A stretch of DNA of 64,000 bases. Origin: Candidatus Hydrogenedentota bacterium (GTDB lineage: Bacteria; Hydrogenedentota; Hydrogenedentia; Hydrogenedentales; SLHB01). Below the pieces are notes generated by a model. The model was given only the letters and a program-made list of their open reading frames with translations, was not told the DNA's origin and searched no databases. Location of the stretch: positions 1 to 64,000 of the forward strand of contig BTVY01000008.1 in NCBI GenBank assembly GCA_045863335.1, in the 5' to 3' direction. Both the position numbers and the translations under genes were made by a program. Shown piece after piece: positions 46,642-57,204 of this stretch (the stretch's first letter is position 1; every line of letters starts with the position of its first letter).

Positions 46642-48384
46642 ATGACCACCATGCGAATGAGCCATCTCGTTGGAATGCGGTATAAGGAACGGCCTGCGGA
46701 AGCCGTGTTGGAAAGCCACGCCTTTCTCCTGCGCGGCGGATACGCCCGCCAGGTCGCCAACGGCATCTATTCGCTCCTCCCGCCGGGATTCCGGGTCATC
46801 CACAAAATCGAGCAGATCGTCCGTGAAGAGATGGACCGCATCGGCGGCCAGGAAGTCCTCATGCCGGTTGTGCAGCCACGGGAGCTGTGGGACGAATCCG
46901 GCCGCTACACGAGCGTCGGCTCGGAACTCTGCCGCTTCAAGGATCGCACGGGCCACGAGATGGTCTTAGCCATGACCCATGAAGAAGGCGTCGTCCACCT
47001 CTGCCGGAACGAGATCAACAGCCACACCCAGTTGCCGTTCATGGTCTATCAAATCCAGACCAAGTTCCGGGACGAGCCCCGCTCCCGGGGCGGCCTGATC
47101 CGCGTGCGCGAGTTCACGATGAAGGACGGGTATTCGTTCCACCGGACCCAGGAAGACCTCGAACGTTACTACGAGGACTGTTATCAGGCCTACCACCGCA
47201 TCTTCGCGCGGGTCGGGCTGCCGGAAGTGGTCGCCGTCGCGTCGGACACCGGCATGATGGGCGGCAAAGTCGCCCACGAGTTCATCCTGCTGACGGAGGT
47301 GGGGGAGGACACCATCGCCACGTGCCCCGAGGCGGGGTACTACGCCAATCTGGAAGTCGCGGAAGGCGTGATCCAAGGATATCCCGCAGACCCGCTGCCA
47401 CTGGAGAAGGTCCATACCCCCGGCAAGAAGACCATCGAAGAGGTCGCCGGATTCCTGGGCGTCCCCACGCACCAGACCGCCAAGGCCGTGTTCTACGATT
47501 CCGACGCCGACGCCAAGCCGGTCATGGTCATCATCCGCGGCGACCGCGATGTAAACGAGATTAAGCTGGCGAAAGTGCTCCAGGTGATGCCGACGCCGGC
47601 GTCTGACGAACGCATCTCGAAGGCTGGGTCTGTTCCCGGTTACGCGTCACCCATGGGACTCGACCCCACAAAATGGCGCCTCGTGGTCGACCACACCGTG
47701 GCCCAATCCAACAACTTGGTAACCGGCGCCAACGAAGTTGACTACCACTACAAGAACTTCAATCTCGACCGCGACCTGCCCGGCATGAAGACGGTCGACA
47801 TCTGCGCTCTTCAGGACGGCGACGGCCTGCCCGAAGGAAAAGGAACGATTACCCTCCAGCGAGGCATCGAAGTGGGCAACATTTTCCAGTTGGGGACCAA
47901 GTATTCGGAGTCCATGGGAATGACGTACAACGATGAGAACGGCAAATCCTGCGTACCCATTATGGGGTGCTACGGCATTGGTATCGGACGCCTTATGAGT
48001 TCCATCATGGAAGTTCACCGCGACAAGTTCGGCCCCAAATGGCCCATGTCAGTGGCACCATGGCAGGTCCACTTGAACGCCCTGAAAATGGAGGCCCCCG
48101 GCGTCCGTGAAACGTCCGAAAAACTCTACACTGACTTATTGGCCGCCGGGATCGAGGTGCTCTTCGATGACCGGGACGGACGCCCCGGCGCGCAATTCGC
48201 GGATGCGGATCTGCTCGGCGTGCCGATCCGGTTCGTTGTCAGTGAACGCAACCTCGCGGAAGGCAAGGTCGAGTGGAAGCGCCGCGACACCGGCGAATCT
48301 GGGACCGTTGCGGTAGATGATGCGGTGAACGCAGCGAAAGAATGGATCGCCACTGCGTTAAGCGATATCCGGGCAAAGGCGTAG
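46642..48384 (+). CDS. proS: Proline--tRNA ligase with insertion editing domain
   Basis: QTKFRDEPR, RVREF, IEVGNIFQLGTKYS, MGCYGIG. Confidence 0.97.
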   Translation: MTTMRMSHLVGMRYKERPAEAVLESHAFLLRGGYARQVANGIYSLLPPGFRVIHKIEQIVREEMDRIGGQEVLMPVVQPRELWDESGRYTSVGSELCRFKDRTGHEMVLAMTHEEGVVHLCRNEINSHTQLPFMVYQIQTKFRDEPRSRGGLIRVREFTMKDGYSFHRTQEDLERYYEDCYQAYHRIFARVGLPEVVAVASDTGMMGGKVAHEFILLTEVGEDTIATCPEAGYYANLEVAEGVIQGYPADPLPLEKVHTPGKKTIEEVAGFLGVPTHQTAKAVFYDSDADAKPVMVIIRGDRDVNEIKLAKVLQVMPTPASDERISKAGSVPGYASPMGLDPTKWRLVVDHTVAQSNNLVTGANEVDYHYKNFNLDRDLPGMKTVDICALQDGDGLPEGKGTITLQRGIEVGNIFQLGTKYSESMGMTYNDENGKSCVPIMGCYGIGIGRLMSSIMEVHRDKFGPKWPMSVAPWQVHLNALKMEAPGVRETSEKLYTDLLAAGIEVLFDDRDGRPGAQFADADLLGVPIRFVVSERNLAEGKVEWKRRDTGESGTVAVDDAVNAAKEWIATALSDIRAKA

Positions 48385-48433
48385 TCCAACCCCGCCGCGT
48401 AGCAGGTTGCAGCGCGTAAACCTCAACGCGTGC

Positions 48434-49117
48434 TTATAGGAAGTCCTGCAACGTAAGATTCTTGGTTTTTTTTGGCGCGACCGCTTCGCCCTCTGGTGAA
48501 GCGGATACCGAACGCCGAACCGCTGGTCGCCGGGGCGCGTCGTCTTCGAGCGAACGCGGTGGTCCTGCGGGTCGAAGCTGGCGCGCCGTGCCGGGTTTGT
48601 CATCCGCCGCCCTCAGTTCTGCGAGCGTCGGGATTGCGTCAGCCAAGAGGCCCATCACCACGATCAAGTTCGGCTTGTCCTCCAGTTTGACCTCTTCACT
48701 GACAAGCCGTACCAGTTTATTCCCGCTCGCCACTGACACTCTCGACGCGTCGGCACCCAACGTTGTGGTTCCTTCCGGGGCTTGTTTGCCAGCGCTCGTT
48801 ACGAGATAGGCAATGCCGCCATCGCGCTCGTAAAAGCTCCCGGAAGACGCCAACCACTGCGCGACGTGATCCCGGCAAAGGCCGCGCGCCGTATCTGACG
48901 CTACCCGTTCCGCCTTGTTTCTTTCATCTTCCTCGATAGGAACGATGACTTTCACCACGAGAGACTTGAGGGTGCCGTCAGGGTTGGTCTTAACATTGGA
49001 GACTCCGTCCGGAAGCGCGGTCGCCGCGTCCAGGGCGTCGCTGTCCTGAGCCCAGGCTGTCATGCAGAACGCGCTGGCTAACAACACCACACCCAACTGA
49101 AGTACCCGACCGATCAT
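48434..49117 (-). CDS. Hypothetical secreted protein
   Basis: Signal peptide ending AWA-Q; no recognisable motif. Confidence 0.6.
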   Translation of the reverse strand: MIGRVLQLGVVLLASAFCMTAWAQDSDALDAATALPDGVSNVKTNPDGTLKSLVVKVIVPIEEDERNKAERVASDTARGLCRDHVAQWLASSGSFYERDGGIAYLVTSAGKQAPEGTTTLGADASRVSVASGNKLVRLVSEEVKLEDKPNLIVVMGLLADAIPTLAELRAADDKPGTARQLRPAGPPRSLEDDAPRRPAVRRSVSASPEGEAVAPKKTKNLTLQDFL

Positions 49118-49379
49118 TGCACCGCCCCTCCGTTCACGACCCGAATACGATCTCGGTTGATTTGACACCTTGGGTTCTGGAGTTAGTATAAGGGAATTCT
49201 CTGGTTTTGTCATTAGTCGCGACACGCGCACGAATGTCGCCCGGAGACGCAATTTCTCATCCCGTGCCGGCCGGCACCGACCCGCCGATTCGCATTGACA
49301 ACCAAGTCCGTGTTCACTATCTTCGTTTCGGATCACGGGACCTGGGCGGTGAATCCACCTTTGGGGAGAGCTTTACGGT

Positions 49380-52300
49380 ATGCCAATCAAAATAAGGGCG
49401 GGCCTCGTGTGCCTCGTTTTCGTTGCAGCTTCTGCCGCGCATAACATAATTGTTATAGCAGATTTCGAGGGTGCCACCTACGGATCATGGGAGGTAGAAG
49501 GGGAGGCCTTCGGCGCCGGCCCAGCGCGCGGGACGTTGGATGGACAGATGCACGTCTCGGGCTTTCAAGGCCAAGGCTTGGTCAATTCTTTCCTCGGCGG
49601 CGACAGCCCCACGGGGAGGCTCCTGTCACCGCCCTTCTCGGTCCAACACCCGTTCTTGAACTTCCTCATCGGGGGCGGCATGCACCCCGGTGAGACCTGC
49701 ATAAACCTGCTCGTTGACGGCCAGGCCGTTCGCACTGCGACCGGACCCAACGACAAACCCGGCGGGACTGAGGCGCTCAAATGGACCTCCTGGGATGTCG
49801 CGGAGTTTCGCGGTAGGGACGCGCGCATTGAGATCGTCGATGAACGAAGCGATGGCTGGGGCCATATCAACGTCGACTACATCCACCAAAGCGAGCGTTC
49901 CGACCCGGAAGTCGTGCGTCTCTCCCGAACCATCACCGCGGATACGAGGTATCTGAACCTGCCCGTCAAAAACGGCGCGCCACAGCAGGTCGTCACGGTG
50001 GAGGTGGACGGCGCGGTCCAGCGAATGTTTACCATCGAACTCGCGGCCGGAAAACCCGATTTCTGGGTGTTTCTGGAACTGGAACCCTTCCGGGGCAAAA
50101 CAGTCACATACCGTACCGAACGATTCGAATACGAAGAATCGATCGGCAGCGGCTTCGATGCCATCCACGCGTCTGACACGTTTCCTGGCGCCGACTCGCT
50201 GTATCGTGAAACGTATCGGCCCCAGTTCCACTTCTCGTCGCGCCGCGGCTGGAACAACGACCCCAACGGCCTCGTCTACTACGACGGTGAATGGCACCTC
50301 TTCTATCAGCACAATCCTTACGGCTGGAGTTGGGGCAATATGACTTGGGGCCACGCGGTCAGCAGCGATCTTGTCCATTGGACCGAAATCGGCGACGCGA
50401 TTCACCCCGATGAACTCGGCACCATCTTCTCCGGATCCGCAGTCGTCGATACTCACAATACGACGGGATTCAGATCCGGTGACGTAGATCCCATCGTCGC
50501 CGCATACACCTCCGCCGGCGGCACGAACGCCTTCTGGTCCGAAGGCCAGCCTTTCACCCAGTCCATCGCCTACAGCAACGACCGGGGCCGCACCTGGACC
50601 AAGTACGAGGGCAATCCGGTACAAGGGCACATCCGCGGCGACAACCGCGATCCGAAAGTCTTCTGGCACGAGCCTTCCGGGCAATGGGTGATCGTTCTCT
50701 ATCTTGAAGAGAAACGTTTTGGCTTCTTCACGTCGTCCGACCTGAAATCCTGGCAGTTGCAGAGCGAGATCGCGGGGTTCTACGAGTGTCCCGAACTCTT
50801 CGAACTTCCAGTGGACGGCGACCTCGACAACAAGAAGTGGGTCCTGTACGGCGGGGCAGGGGACTACATGATCGGCGACTTCGACGGCAAAACATTTACC
50901 CCGGAATCCGAACTCATTCGCTACAGCAATAGCGACTTCTTCTATGCATCCCAGACCTATAACAACGTGCCAACGGCCGATGGCCGCCGAATTCAAATCG
51001 GTTGGGGACGTATCAACATACCCGGCATGCCGTTCAACCAGATGATGACCTTTCCGGTCGAACTCACGCTCCATTCGACGGACGACGGCATTCGGATGTT
51101 CGCGTTACCCGTTGAGGAAATCGAGCAACTCCGCTCGCGGGTATATCAGTTCGAGAACCAGCCCATCGTGCCGGGCGAGAATCTGCTCAAAGAAATTCAA
51201 GGTGAACTCTTTGACTTGGAAGCGGAGTTTAGGATTGGCGATGCAGATCGAATCACGCTTGTCGTGCGAAACACGCCCATCATATACGACGCGGCCAATG
51301 CCAATCTCACCTGTGGCGATCGCGAAGCGCCCATGCCCGCCGACGACGGGATCATTCGATTGCGCGTTCTCGCTGACCGCACCTCCATCGAGATCTTCGG
51401 CAACGACGGCGCGGTGTACCTGCCGGTCGGAGTGATTCTCGATCCCGGTCAACGCAGCCTCGCACTTGACGCTGTCGGAACCGGCGCGGTAGTGGAATCG
51501 CTATCCGTCTACGAACTGAAATCGGCTTGGCCGATGCCGGAGAGCGCGGCAGAAGCGCCGCGCATCGTGGGACCGGAAACGTATGTGATCCTTGCCGACG
51601 GCGAACGGGTCACCTCGTTGGGGAACGGACATGTGAAACTCGAAGGCAACCTCTTCGTACTATTCGACGGACGAATCGCGCCCCACGAGAACACCTCCGT
51701 CGCGTTGTTTGCCTCAGACACCGGTTCGATCGGCGGCTCGTTCGACAATGTGGTCCTTCCCGACGATTGGTTGTGTGACATCGACTATGTCACCTCACCG
51801 CCCAACGTGGTCTTGAGCAACTTCCGGCCCGCTCGCGCGCCTGCCTTCCCCGGCGCAGAAGGCTTCGGGAAATACACCGTCGGCGGGCGCGGAGGAAAGG
51901 TCATCGAGGTGACCAACCTGAACGACGACGGCCCCGGCAGTTTGCGTGCCGCCTGCGAAGCGGAAGGTCCGCGCACCGTAGTCTTCCGCGTCTCCGGAAC
52001 GATCCCACTGGAATCCGAACTCGAGATCGAGAATCCCTACATCACCATCGCGGGACAGACCGCGCCCGGCGACGGCATCTGCATTAAAAACTACCAAGTC
52101 AAGTTTAGGACGAATCACGTCATCATGCGCTACCTACGTTTCCGTCCCGGCGATGAAGCGGGAGTAGAGCAGGACGCGTTCAGCGGGGAAGGGGATCACA
52201 TCATCATCGATCACTGTTCCGTCAGTTGGGGAGTGGACGAAACGCTTTCCATCAATAAAGCGTCAAACCTCACCGTGCAATGGTGCATGGTCACGGAAAG

Positions 52301-53099
52301 CCTAACCAATTCGATCCACAAGAAAGGCGCCCACGGCTACGGCGGGCTCTGGGGCGGACCCGGCGGGTCGTTCCACCACAACATCCTCGCCCACCACACC
52401 AGCCGAAACCCGCGCGCGTCGGGCAATCGCGACTCCGGATTGCTCGACTTCCGCAACAACGTAATCTACAACTGGGGTTTCAACAGCGCCTACGGCGGCG
52501 AACTCTGGCCACGCAACTGGATCAACAACTACTACAAAAGCGGCCCAGCCACTTCCGAAAACGTGCGCGACCGCATCTTTCTCCAGAAGCATCCACGCGG
52601 CAAAATGTACGCGGACGGAAACTTCGTCCATGGTTTTCCCGAAATCTCGGCCGACAACTGGGCCGGTGGAATCGATTTCGCCGAAGACGGCGAAGCCAGC
52701 GAAGAAACCCTGCGCGTTCGCGACGCCTACACAGTCGCTCCTGTGACGACGCATCCTGCGGCGGAAGCATTCTCGCTGGTACTCGATCAAGCGGGCGCGT
52801 CACTCCGTCGCGATATGGTAGACACCCGTATCGTAGAGGAGATCCGAACCGGTACGGCGCGCTTCGGCGAAACCTACAAGGGTGGGGGAAAGGGGATCAT
52901 CGATTCCCAGTCCGCAGTCGGCGGCTGGCCGGAGCTTCGTTCGGAACCCGCACCCAGCGATGCCGACCATGACGGCTTGCCAGATTCCTGGGAGACATCC
53001 AATGGGCTTGACCCCGCGAATCCAGACGACGGCTCGGCTGACCGCAACAACGACGGCTACACGAATCTTGAAGAGTACCTGAATGGGCTGATTCCCTGA
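49380..53099 (+). CDS. GH32 levanase/fructosidase fused to a PL1-type pectate lyase
   Basis: WNNDPNG, RDP, ECP; AFPGAEGFG...GGRGG, IIDHCS, RNPR. Confidence 0.9.
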   Translation: MPIKIRAGLVCLVFVAASAAHNIIVIADFEGATYGSWEVEGEAFGAGPARGTLDGQMHVSGFQGQGLVNSFLGGDSPTGRLLSPPFSVQHPFLNFLIGGGMHPGETCINLLVDGQAVRTATGPNDKPGGTEALKWTSWDVAEFRGRDARIEIVDERSDGWGHINVDYIHQSERSDPEVVRLSRTITADTRYLNLPVKNGAPQQVVTVEVDGAVQRMFTIELAAGKPDFWVFLELEPFRGKTVTYRTERFEYEESIGSGFDAIHASDTFPGADSLYRETYRPQFHFSSRRGWNNDPNGLVYYDGEWHLFYQHNPYGWSWGNMTWGHAVSSDLVHWTEIGDAIHPDELGTIFSGSAVVDTHNTTGFRSGDVDPIVAAYTSAGGTNAFWSEGQPFTQSIAYSNDRGRTWTKYEGNPVQGHIRGDNRDPKVFWHEPSGQWVIVLYLEEKRFGFFTSSDLKSWQLQSEIAGFYECPELFELPVDGDLDNKKWVLYGGAGDYMIGDFDGKTFTPESELIRYSNSDFFYASQTYNNVPTADGRRIQIGWGRINIPGMPFNQMMTFPVELTLHSTDDGIRMFALPVEEIEQLRSRVYQFENQPIVPGENLLKEIQGELFDLEAEFRIGDADRITLVVRNTPIIYDAANANLTCGDREAPMPADDGIIRLRVLADRTSIEIFGNDGAVYLPVGVILDPGQRSLALDAVGTGAVVESLSVYELKSAWPMPESAAEAPRIVGPETYVILADGERVTSLGNGHVKLEGNLFVLFDGRIAPHENTSVALFASDTGSIGGSFDNVVLPDDWLCDIDYVTSPPNVVLSNFRPARAPAFPGAEGFGKYTVGGRGGKVIEVTNLNDDGPGSLRAACEAEGPRTVVFRVSGTIPLESELEIENPYITIAGQTAPGDGICIKNYQVKFRTNHVIMRYLRFRPGDEAGVEQDAFSGEGDHIIIDHCSVSWGVDETLSINKASNLTVQWCMVTESLTNSIHKKGAHGYGGLWGGPGGSFHHNILAHHTSRNPRASGNRDSGLLDFRNNVIYNWGFNSAYGGELWPRNWINNYYKSGPATSENVRDRIFLQKHPRGKMYADGNFVHGFPEISADNWAGGIDFAEDGEASEETLRVRDAYTVAPVTTHPAAEAFSLVLDQAGASLRRDMVDTRIVEEIRTGTARFGETYKGGGKGIIDSQSAVGGWPELRSEPAPSDADHDGLPDSWETSNGLDPANPDDGSADRNNDGYTNLEEYLNGLIP

Positions 53100-53135
53100 T
53101 CACAGGTCCGTGTGCGTCCATGTCAATAAAAAGAA

Positions 53136-53167
53136 GCGGGAGCCTCACCGCCCGGTGAGACTCCCGC
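53136..53167. terminator. Rho-independent terminator of rpmB
   Basis: GCGGGAG-CCTCACC...GGTGAG-ACTCCCGC flanked by A-runs (U-tract on the minus strand). Confidence 0.75.
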
Positions 53168-53191
53168 AAAAAAATTCAGCTTGGGATGACC

Positions 53192-53446
53192 TTACGAGGC
53201 CTTGCGAACCTTCGCCGGGGCTTTCGTAAACTTGCCTGCCTTGATGTACCGGGCACACACCCGAACGCGGCGCACCGTGCCGTTTTCGTCGACAATGCGG
53301 ATTTTCTGCAAGTTCGGCTTCCAGCGGCGTTTCGAGATGCCGGTAACGTTCTGGCCGATACCACCCTCACGCTTGGCTTTACCGCGCCGAATCACGCGCT
53401 TGCCCACGCGGGGTTTCTTTCCACTGTAATCACAAACTCGAGCCAT
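53192..53446 (-). CDS. rpmB: 50S ribosomal protein L28
   Basis: MARVCDYSGK...KRRWKPNLQ...VCAR. Confidence 0.95.
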   Translation of the reverse strand: MARVCDYSGKKPRVGKRVIRRGKAKREGGIGQNVTGISKRRWKPNLQKIRIVDENGTVRRVRVCARYIKAGKFTKAPAKVRKAS

Positions 53447-53689
53447 GATATTCTCCTGGTCGTTTCACGGGCGCACCCGATGAGTCTTCGAAGAGGTCGT
53501 TGGGGCGCCGGACCGTAGCTTACTCACATGCCAAAGGCCCGTTAGTCTAGCATGTGAAGGGTTCTATTTCAACTTTTCGATGACGCTAAAATCGAACGTC
53601 TCAACGACCTGCAACGCAATGGACCTCGAGGGGATTCACTGTAGTACATCGAGTTTCACGAAGCGGATCGATCTACTCCAAGGAATCAG

Positions 53690-54571
53690 ATGAAACTCCA
53701 CGATTTTCCTGCGCGACTACGATTCGCGGTCCCGGCGGCGCTGCTGGTCGCATGCGTTTCCGGCTGTGCTGGGCTGGGCAACCAGGTCCAGCGCGCACCG
53801 TTGCCCCCCGGCGCGCCCGAGGCCGAGACCATTGTCGAGGCCCTATCCGCCAATGATGCTGCCATGCAGAATTTCCGCGCGGCGGGAACCTTCACCCTTG
53901 AATCCCCGAAACTGGAGGCCGTCGAACGGTTTCCTACGGGCACCATCGCCTTTCGTAAGCCGGATGAGCTATTCGTGGAAGGCCGGCTGGTCGTAGGCAT
54001 CATCGCCTTCCGGCTCGTCTCGATCGGCTCCGAGTTTCTTATCGAGTTCCCGCGCAAACGCGACCCGGACGAACGCTACTTCTACCGCCTCGAAGGCGAG
54101 ACCCTCGAAAGCGTGCCGTTCAGCGTGTCCCCCGCCGACGTGGCCCGGGAAATGTTTACGCCGCCCGATTGGTTCTCTTACGATCGGGGTCAGATCCGGG
54201 TCGTCGCATACGACCAAGAGTCCCAAACGGCTACCCTGGAACTGGGTCCGCGACGGCGGCCGGAGCGGCGGCTCACCGCGCAGGGCCTGCCGTGGGTCAT
54301 CGTGCGAAACCAGCGCCTGGGACCCGACGGGGAAGTCATTTCCGACACGGCGCTCAGCGACTATCACGAAATTGACGGCGTTCGCTTTCCAGCTTCGGTA
54401 GACGCCCAGTTTCCCGGCGAGCAATCCCGAATGACCTTTGAAATGCGTAACGTTAGAATTAACACCGATCAGGTCACCGACGACCTGTTCACGATCAAAT
54501 GGCGGCCCAGCAATGTCGAACAGCCTCTCTCAGATGACGCCGGCGGAAATCGCGGCGTCCTTGAACCTTAA
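53690..54571 (+). CDS. Putative lipoprotein, LolA/LolB-like fold
   Basis: VSGC lipobox; DYHEIDGVRFP...DDLF pattern. Confidence 0.6.
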   Translation: MKLHDFPARLRFAVPAALLVACVSGCAGLGNQVQRAPLPPGAPEAETIVEALSANDAAMQNFRAAGTFTLESPKLEAVERFPTGTIAFRKPDELFVEGRLVVGIIAFRLVSIGSEFLIEFPRKRDPDERYFYRLEGETLESVPFSVSPADVAREMFTPPDWFSYDRGQIRVVAYDQESQTATLELGPRRRPERRLTAQGLPWVIVRNQRLGPDGEVISDTALSDYHEIDGVRFPASVDAQFPGEQSRMTFEMRNVRINTDQVTDDLFTIKWRPSNVEQPLSDDAGGNRGVLEP

Positions 54572-55550
54572 ACCCTTCCAGGGAAAACAGATCTTCCGCT
54601 GGATTCACCAGAAGCGCGTCTTCGATTTTGACCGCATGAGCGATCTGTCCAAAGACTTGCGCGCCCGGCTCGCGGAGGGTTTCTCCGCAAATCAGCTCGA
54701 ACTGGTGCGGGTCTCCGCGTCGCCCCGGTCGGAAGGTACCCGAAAGGCACTCTTCCGTCTGGCCGATGGCGAAACGGTCGAGTCTGTCCTCATCCGGGAT
54801 CGGGAACGCAGCACCATCTGCCTTTCCACTCAGGTGGGCTGCGCCGTCAAATGCAGTTTCTGCGCCACGGGCATGTCGGGCTACTCGCGAAACTTGACGC
54901 CGGGCGAGATCGTGGAGCAGGCCCTCTATCTCCTGCGCGATGAAGACCTGGGGGAGAGGACCCCCAATATTGTCTTCATGGGGATGGGGGAGCCGTTCCG
55001 GAACTATGACGCGACCGTTGCCGCCATCCACTTGTTGATGAACCCCGATGGACTTGGGATTGGCGCGAGGAAGATTACGGTGTCCACTGTCGGCGAGGTC
55101 AAGGGCATCGAACGGTTCAGCCAGGAGGATTGGCAGGTTCGGCTCAGTGTATCGTTACATGCCGCGAACGACGCGACACGAACCAAACTGATTCCCCTCA
55201 ACAAGAAATATCCCCTGGACGTCCTGCTTGCGGCAGTGCGCGCGTACGTGGAACGAACGGGCCGGCAGGTCACGTTTGAGTGGACCCTGCTCGACGGCGT
55301 CAACGACTCACGGAAGGATGCTCAGGAACTCATTGACGTAGTGCGGACCGTAAAAGCCAGCGTTAACCTGATTCCGTACAATCCGGTTGCGGGTCTGGGC
55401 TTTAATCCGCCACCCCTGGACCGTTGTGAAGCATTTCGCGACGCACTGGTCAACGCCGGTGTCACAGCTACGCTTCGCAAGGAGCGGGGACAGGATATTG
55501 ATGCCGCGTGCGGGCAGCTCCGTCGGCAGCACGTTGAACTGGCATCTTGA
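54513..55550 (+). CDS. rlmN: 23S rRNA (A2503-C2)-methyltransferase RlmN
   Basis: CAVKCSFC, MGMGEP, SLHA, IDAACGQL. Confidence 0.95.
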   Translation: MSNSLSQMTPAEIAASLNLKPFQGKQIFRWIHQKRVFDFDRMSDLSKDLRARLAEGFSANQLELVRVSASPRSEGTRKALFRLADGETVESVLIRDRERSTICLSTQVGCAVKCSFCATGMSGYSRNLTPGEIVEQALYLLRDEDLGERTPNIVFMGMGEPFRNYDATVAAIHLLMNPDGLGIGARKITVSTVGEVKGIERFSQEDWQVRLSVSLHAANDATRTKLIPLNKKYPLDVLLAAVRAYVERTGRQVTFEWTLLDGVNDSRKDAQELIDVVRTVKASVNLIPYNPVAGLGFNPPPLDRCEAFRDALVNAGVTATLRKERGQDIDAACGQLRRQHVELAS

Positions 55551-55560
55551 CCCACGCGGC

Positions 55561-56295
55561 TTAGTGCCGCTCCCGATCGGGTGACTGGTCCCATTGGGCG
55601 TCGTCGCCGAGTTCCGTCTCGAGAGCGAGTTGCAACGCATTGAGTTTCCGCTCGACTTCAAGTCGAACGCGCTCAACCTCTTCGGGAGATGCGTCTTGTG
55701 CCGCGGCGATGGGTTCACCAAACGCACAGACGATGTGCGAGAACGGCTTCGGCAGCACCATGCGGTCCCAGGACCGCAAGCGCCAGCACGGGGATACGCC
55801 AAGTACGAGTGGGATGATGGGCGCCCCGGTCCGGCCTGACAATATCGCCACACCCGGCTTCGATTCCCGTCGCGGTCCTCTCGGACCATCCAGGGTGATT
55901 CCGACCGTGACACCCAGTCGTAGCGCCTTTTCCAACTGCTCAAGCGCTTCACGACCCCCGCGGCTGGAGGACCCCCGAACCGCATGGATTCCAAATGGCT
56001 CAATGACGCGTGCCGCAAGCTCACCGTCGTAGCTGTAGCTGGTTAATGTATGGTATCCGGTATTTCGCTGCGTCCAGATCGCAAGGGGAAGCACCTCGTG
56101 CCAGAACGCAATGATCACACCGCCATGGCCCTCTTCCAACTTTTGTAAATTGCCTAAATCCCGTACGTTAACACGACAGGTCAGGCATAGGACTCTGTAG
56201 AAGAAAGAAAAAGCGAACGAGATTATAGATAGAGTAAGTCGCTGCTTTAAGGTAAAACAAACAGGACTTACGTACTCCAGATCGGCATGTCTCAA
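55561..56295 (-). CDS. DUF374 lysophospholipid acyltransferase family protein
   Basis: FWH, SYDGE, RGSSSRGG, DGPRGP, SWDR..LPKPF. Confidence 0.9.
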   Translation of the reverse strand: MRHADLEYVSPVCFTLKQRLTLSIISFAFSFFYRVLCLTCRVNVRDLGNLQKLEEGHGGVIIAFWHEVLPLAIWTQRNTGYHTLTSYSYDGELAARVIEPFGIHAVRGSSSRGGREALEQLEKALRLGVTVGITLDGPRGPRRESKPGVAILSGRTGAPIIPLVLGVSPCWRLRSWDRMVLPKPFSHIVCAFGEPIAAAQDASPEEVERVRLEVERKLNALQLALETELGDDAQWDQSPDRERH

Positions 56296-57167
56296 TGGTA
56301 TTCCATGCCCTTTAAGAGCTGCCAGACAACGCGCGTGCGAGGCGTGGGGAGGGCAGACTGCTGTGCGCGTCGCATGATCTCACCGCTTATGGCGTCAATT
56401 TCGGTGCGTCGCTTGGCTCGAACGTCCTGCAACATGGAAGAGATGTTATCTTTCGTTTCCTCGCAGGTGGCTTCGGCGACTTCGACCAAGCTCTTGTCGA
56501 ATCGGTAACCTTCCGTGCAAGCTACCTTTACGGCTTCAACCACCAAGTCGCGCATGAGTTGGCGCGCTTCCGGAATTTCAAGTATCTTGCCATTCGGAAT
56601 GTCCAACAAACCGGTGATCGGATTGATCCCGGCATTCACCGCCACCTTTTCCCACACGGCCTGGCCAGGAGACTCGGTCAGGTCCAACGCAAAACCCGCC
56701 TTCTCCAATGCGCGAGTAGCCGTGTCGACCGAACAGGAAGTCCAAGCGCCCAGACGCGTCGTTCCCGAGGCGGCATGCCGAACGTGTCCTTCGTCAAGCA
56801 GCGTTGACGCCTCTGTCGTGACGCCAACCAGCAAGTTCGCACTGCCCACCATGGAACAGAGTGTTTCAATGTTACCCAATCCATTTTGAATGGTCAGTAC
56901 AGCACTTCGCCCATTTATTCCTAATGAGCTTGTAGAATATGACTTTACACATACAATGACAAGATCTTGCCCGCCTGGAACACTTGAAACAACCTTGACC
57001 TTCTGCGTCTCCGCACCGGTTGCTGTTTCGACCGTTATCCCCTTAGAATTCAGTCGAGTCGCTCGGTCTGAATGATGATCCACAAGGGTAACATCCACAC
57101 CCGCCTTGGCAAGGCGAGCTGCGTAAAGACATCCCATGGCTCCGGGTCCGATGACTGAGATCTTCAT
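56292..57167 (-). CDS. panE: 2-dehydropantoate 2-reductase
   Basis: GPGAMG, VKS, QNGLG, WEK..VN, SSMLQD, TEIDAISG. Confidence 0.93.
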   Translation of the reverse strand: MKISVIGPGAMGCLYAARLAKAGVDVTLVDHHSDRATRLNSKGITVETATGAETQKVKVVSSVPGGQDLVIVCVKSYSTSSLGINGRSAVLTIQNGLGNIETLCSMVGSANLLVGVTTEASTLLDEGHVRHAASGTTRLGAWTSCSVDTATRALEKAGFALDLTESPGQAVWEKVAVNAGINPITGLLDIPNGKILEIPEARQLMRDLVVEAVKVACTEGYRFDKSLVEVAEATCEETKDNISSMLQDVRAKRRTEIDAISGEIMRRAQQSALPTPRTRVVWQLLKGMEYH

Positions 57168-57204
57168 GGTCTTAATTCCCCACCCCCATGTCGGATTGAG
57201 AGTC

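Noticed and set aside
49626-51074. 482-aa minus-strand ORF
   Set aside because: Shadow of the GH32 domain caused by high-GC codon bias; no motifs
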